Program-made: the position numbers and the translations under genes
Origin: a virus
Lineage: Duplodnaviria; Caudoviricetes
Direction: 5' to 3' (one strand)
DNA: 57,218 bases
IMG/VR virus record: IMGVR_UViG_3300033566_000030
Location: 1 to 57,218 of that record
The notes under the pieces: model-generated
Databases searched by the model: none
Told to the model about the DNA's origin: nothing
Seen by the model: only the letters and a program-made list of their open reading frames with translations
Shown: in pieces, positions 53,220 to 57,218 of the stretch
How positions within the stretch are numbered: the first letter of the stretch is position 1
How the letters are laid out: each line of letters begins with the position of its first letter

Positions 53220-56200
53220 ATGGCATCCTACATAAGTGGCTTGACCGACGTTATTCCTCAAGTACAACAATTTACTCCAGACTACAATTTTCTGGGTAAT
53301 ATCCTGCAGACAAAGCAAGGTCAGTATGACTCTGCGAATGCTCGTCTTGGTGATGTATATGGTTCAATATTATACAGTCCTTTGTCACGTGAGGATAACA
53401 TGACCAAACGTGATGATTTCTTTAAGGCGATTGACCAAGATATCAAAAAGATGGCCGGAATGGATCTTTCCTTATCACAGAATGAAGCTGCAGCAATGAA
53501 GATCTTTAATGGATTTTACGATGACAAAGCTATCGTAAAAGACATGATGTGGACTAAGAACTATGAACGTCAACAAATTAAACGTGATAATCTTAAAGCC
53601 TGTATTGATCCTGATAAGTGTGGCGGATCAGCATGGGAAGGTGGAGACAAGGAGATGCAATATAAACTTGATGAGTTTAGAAAAGTATCTCAGGATCAAT
53701 CTTTAAACTTTCAAGATGTAGAATATACTCCTCATATCAATGTTGAGGATAAAGCTGTAAAGCTTGCAAAAGAAATGGGCTTTAACATGAAGGTTGATAC
53801 TGTAAAAGGTGGATGGATTGTTACTGATAAAAACGGTCAGATGATGCAACCGAGTCTTGCTGATTTCTTTCTTCATAAGTTTGGTAATGATCCTGCAGTA
53901 AGAAAAATGTACAAGACTCAAGCTTATGTAAATCGTAAAGACTGGGTATCTGCGAACATCATGAACTATCAGGATGAGAATTCTGCTAACATGGATTATG
54001 TAGCAAAGATGCTTGCTGTAAACCAACCATCTCGAGAAACTGAAGCTAAAGCTGAAGAAGCTGTTAACTTCGCAAAAAGTAAGAAATCGTTATTAGATGA
54101 GCAGTTAAAGAACAAAGGTTACTACGAAGAAGTAGATGGTCCTTTCAGAAAAGCTTATGAAGCAAACGAACAAGATATTGAAGTACTTCAAGGTGTTCAG
54201 CAAAACAAAAAAGAGTATAATGATCTGGCGGTTTCAACAGCCAACAATCTCCTTAATCCGAATATATCTTTCGATCGTATCGATGAGTTAGTTGCTTTAA
54301 ACTTATTAAAAGGTGCCACAGATAATGCTGCTACACATTATTCAACCCTGACAATGGAGCGTTTGGTTAAAGAGGATCCGTTCGCTTTATCAACCCACAC
54401 GCATAACTTATCTCTCCGTAATGAACTGAAGAAGATGGAAGTGGATATGCAGAACTACAGAACTAAGAAAGAGATCGACTTTGAGTTTGATAGCAAGTTA
54501 AAGATTCTGGAAGGAAAACTTGCAGGAGGAGTTACTCTTGATAATTTGGATCCAAATAATCAGGGTACAGTTTTAAATAACGGAGATCAACTACGTCGTG
54601 TAAGTGGAGTTGGTGGAACCGGTACTGGTGTAGTCGTTGATCCGAAAGAAGAAAATTACAAGATGCTTAAAAACCTTACCACACAAAGTGATGGTATGAA
54701 AAGTAAGTATCTTACAGACTATGTTAAAACTATCGTTAACGGATATGGTAATGCTAAAAGTGATGCTCAAAAACAATTCTACAGAGAAGCTCTTACAAAA
54801 ACATTTGCAGGAACAGGTGTGTCCGCTGATGCATTCTTAAACCCTAATTTACCAGGTGCAGAAAGGTTAACTAATATAAACTTACTTGATGCTAAGGGTC
54901 TATCGAATGCTTTTAAAGTAGCAAAAGATTATGCTGATCCTAATGGTGCAGGATTGGCTGCAAAAGATTTCTTCTCAGGAGAATTCTCCACAACACATGC
55001 TATTGATGCTCTTACTGTTGATATGCAGGAACAACACATTAAAGCTTGGGATGATCAGCTTAAGGTTATCGGAACAAGTGTTGCTAACAAGGTTCAAGGT
55101 AAGTATATCAGTACTGGTGAGACAAAGAAAGCAGCAATGCTTGCTGAATACATGAAGCATGTTCATCGTCCTTTAAGTGGAGCTGAAACATCAGCTGGTG
55201 CCAAATCGATAAATGGACCTATGCTGAAACTAGGTGAAGATTATGTTAAAAACAATTGGCAGAAATACCTGGATGAAGCGGCAGCCATGAATTATGAGAA
55301 ACCTTCAAGTCTTTCTTCAAGAGAAAGAAATATTCAGGTACCCGGTTTACCTAAACAAAAAGTTGTTCAGAATACTGCACAGTTAGAGAAGATTGCGAAA
55401 AATCTTGCTACAGCTGATTATCGTAAAAACATGTACACTGTACTTGATGATTACGATAAAAGCTATAAGAAAAAGGCTTTGCTTTATAGCAGTACAAAAG
55501 CTATTCCGGGAGAAGTAGGTAACGCTAATACAGCTGATGCTTATGGTGGAACGATTGATGTAAACAATCGTGGTGTTCAAACAACTGCCGGTATGGATTG
55601 GTTCAAAAGTTATAGAGATAACCAAAATGATCCTACAGTGAAAGTTACTTTCGGTGATGGTTCTCAGGTTATTAAGGAGTCTGATGAAGATGCTCAAGCT
55701 GCAATGAATGTATTTATTGCTGATATGCAAGTTCCGTATAAACAAGGGGATGACAAACGACCTCGTTTTAACTGGTTTGCTCAAAAAGTATCTGGCGGAG
55801 ATGCTAATACAGTATCAATGACTTTCAAACCAGATGATTTATATCTCCAGAAGTTTGTAGGAAGTTCTGAGAAACCTGGTCCGCTTGCAGGTATGGTTGA
55901 TAAATTCAAGAATGGTATAACTATGGCTTTTCCAAAAGGTATGGTTAACAACCAGTACATGGCTTTGATGCAAGAAAACAGTTATGACTATTTGTATGAA
56001 AGCTCAGGAAAACTCGCTATCAATATTTTCCCGGATGTTAAAGCAGTTCTTGAAAAAGTGAACGGTAAAGATTATTATACTCTGACGGCTAACGTTATTG
56101 ATGAAAAAGGTAAAGTTAGAGAGATGAAGATGACCAATGAAGTTGCTCCTTCTTCTTTCAATGCTGCAGGTGAAATTAGAGCTGCTTACTTTGTAAGTGG

Positions 56201-56291
56201 AATTTTTCCGGATATGCAAACTTTTCAAAACACAATCAATGCTGATAAAGATCAAGCAAGAAAAGTATTAGGTACAAAAGGTTTCAAATAA
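53220..56291 (+). CDS. Large cargo protein
   Basis: 1023 aa; gene order. Confidence 0.6.
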   Translation: MASYISGLTDVIPQVQQFTPDYNFLGNILQTKQGQYDSANARLGDVYGSILYSPLSREDNMTKRDDFFKAIDQDIKKMAGMDLSLSQNEAAAMKIFNGFYDDKAIVKDMMWTKNYERQQIKRDNLKACIDPDKCGGSAWEGGDKEMQYKLDEFRKVSQDQSLNFQDVEYTPHINVEDKAVKLAKEMGFNMKVDTVKGGWIVTDKNGQMMQPSLADFFLHKFGNDPAVRKMYKTQAYVNRKDWVSANIMNYQDENSANMDYVAKMLAVNQPSRETEAKAEEAVNFAKSKKSLLDEQLKNKGYYEEVDGPFRKAYEANEQDIEVLQGVQQNKKEYNDLAVSTANNLLNPNISFDRIDELVALNLLKGATDNAATHYSTLTMERLVKEDPFALSTHTHNLSLRNELKKMEVDMQNYRTKKEIDFEFDSKLKILEGKLAGGVTLDNLDPNNQGTVLNNGDQLRRVSGVGGTGTGVVVDPKEENYKMLKNLTTQSDGMKSKYLTDYVKTIVNGYGNAKSDAQKQFYREALTKTFAGTGVSADAFLNPNLPGAERLTNINLLDAKGLSNAFKVAKDYADPNGAGLAAKDFFSGEFSTTHAIDALTVDMQEQHIKAWDDQLKVIGTSVANKVQGKYISTGETKKAAMLAEYMKHVHRPLSGAETSAGAKSINGPMLKLGEDYVKNNWQKYLDEAAAMNYEKPSSLSSRERNIQVPGLPKQKVVQNTAQLEKIAKNLATADYRKNMYTVLDDYDKSYKKKALLYSSTKAIPGEVGNANTADAYGGTIDVNNRGVQTTAGMDWFKSYRDNQNDPTVKVTFGDGSQVIKESDEDAQAAMNVFIADMQVPYKQGDDKRPRFNWFAQKVSGGDANTVSMTFKPDDLYLQKFVGSSEKPGPLAGMVDKFKNGITMAFPKGMVNNQYMALMQENSYDYLYESSGKLAINIFPDVKAVLEKVNGKDYYTLTANVIDEKGKVREMKMTNEVAPSSFNAAGEIRAAYFVSGIFPDMQTFQNTINADKDQARKVLGTKGFK

Positions 56292-56298
56292 TAGTACT

Positions 56299-57218
56299 AT
56301 GCCAGAGAACGAATCATTAGATAACATACCTGAAATCAATCAGGAGTTTCTCGCAGAGAACCCTGACATAGGTGGAGTAATAAATCCTTCAGCAATGAAG
56401 GCTTTTAAGTTTATGGCTCCTCCAGTACAGCCTGCAAATATTGCACCTATTCCTGCTAATCACGGTCAACGACTTACCGGTGATCCGAAGAAACCTTTAA
56501 GTACACCAGTTTCAACAGAAGATCAATTCAAAGCTCTTTCTGATAAGATGGGTAATGCTGGTAAGTTCGCTGCTGATCCTTACAAGTATGGAAAGATGTG
56601 GGGTTATGATGCAGATTATACTGGTGTATTCTATGATCGTTATGCTGATATGGGAAGTGTTTACAAGAAAGTAGGCTTTTCACCATGGCGAGATAATGAG
56701 GCAATCTATAATTCAGAAGGTAGCTGGTTGAATCATTTCAGTAGAGCTTTCCGAAATAGTATGTCTCTTGCTTCTATTTCTTTCCAAGGAGCACTTCCTT
56801 GGAATGCTTGGGATGGTCAAATTAATCCAAAAGATGCAGAAGATCAAGAAAGAGCTTTTGCTCAAGGACAGGATTCAAGAAAAGGATTTGGTGCATTTAT
56901 GAACAACCAGGTTCTTAACTCAGGATTTACTGTCGGAGTACTTGGCGAATTTGCCGCTGAATCTTTGGTAGAAGCTGGCGTTGGACTTCTTCTTACACCG
57001 GAGACAGGTGGCGCCTCAGATCTTATCGCTGCAGAAGAAATATTAAGAAGAGGTACTCAAGTAGCTAGTACTCTTAAAAAGGGCCTTAACGTAGAACGTA
57101 TGGGTCAGAGATTAAGTTCTACAGCTGCCAAGTTCAAGGATCTTAACTGGGCTCGTTCGTTCTACAACGGTCTTAAAACAGGGAAAACAAACAAAAAACC
57201 GGGGAAAAAAACATACCC
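56299..57218 (+). CDS. 5' part of a large protein, possibly the virion RNA polymerase-associated giant gene; runs off the window
   Basis: ATG 56299 (MPENESLDNIPEINQE...); no catalytic motif visible in this part. Confidence 0.5.
   Translation, partial: MPENESLDNIPEINQEFLAENPDIGGVINPSAMKAFKFMAPPVQPANIAPIPANHGQRLTGDPKKPLSTPVSTEDQFKALSDKMGNAGKFAADPYKYGKMWGYDADYTGVFYDRYADMGSVYKKVGFSPWRDNEAIYNSEGSWLNHFSRAFRNSMSLASISFQGALPWNAWDGQINPKDAEDQERAFAQGQDSRKGFGAFMNNQVLNSGFTVGVLGEFAAESLVEAGVGLLLTPETGGASDLIAAEEILRRGTQVASTLKKGLNVERMGQRLSSTAAKFKDLNWARSFYNGLKTGKTNKKPGKKTY

Noticed and set aside
12179-56291. Genome-wide stop-codon reassignment
   Set aside because: Very long ORFs are intact in the standard code, and TAG/TGA end genes tightly followed by the next start.
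57170-57218. A/G/C runs at the window end
   Set aside because: Same edge-quality pattern; translation here is unreliable.

Overview
Phage genome fragment with Crassvirales (crAss-like) organisation; the host is probably a member of Bacteroidota, because TTTG-N19/20-TAnnTTTG promoters recur. The left ~5.5 kb is mostly minus strand. It holds a vWA/TROVE-like gene, a ~570-nt structured ncRNA candidate, two tRNA-like RNAs without a normal anticodon arm, a parS-type site, and two paralogous small genes with a repeated upstream motif. From ~5.7 kb everything is plus strand: small accessory genes, two tRNA arrays (8 + 16 = 24 tRNAs, all 20 amino acids), tail-fibre and lysis genes, a PD-(D/E)xK nuclease, terminase, portal, scaffold-like protein, major capsid protein, Cys-rich virion proteins, ring/muzzle proteins and cargo proteins. 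Four free-standing endonuclease genes are scattered through the window. Main discovery: each tRNA array sits behind its own promoter, short leader ORF, antiterminator strand and intrinsic terminator. The sensor codons of each leader match the amino acids of the tRNAs downstream exactly (leader 1: L,F,S,Y,C,W; leader 2: the other 14). This suggests a ribosome-stalling attenuator pair that monitors the whole tRNA pool and switches on replacement tRNAs. A circularly permuted (YrlA-like) tRNA mimic and an HNH gene that truncated and replaced tRNA-Gly lie inside array 2. All protein calls come from motif recognition and gene order only; no database searches were run.
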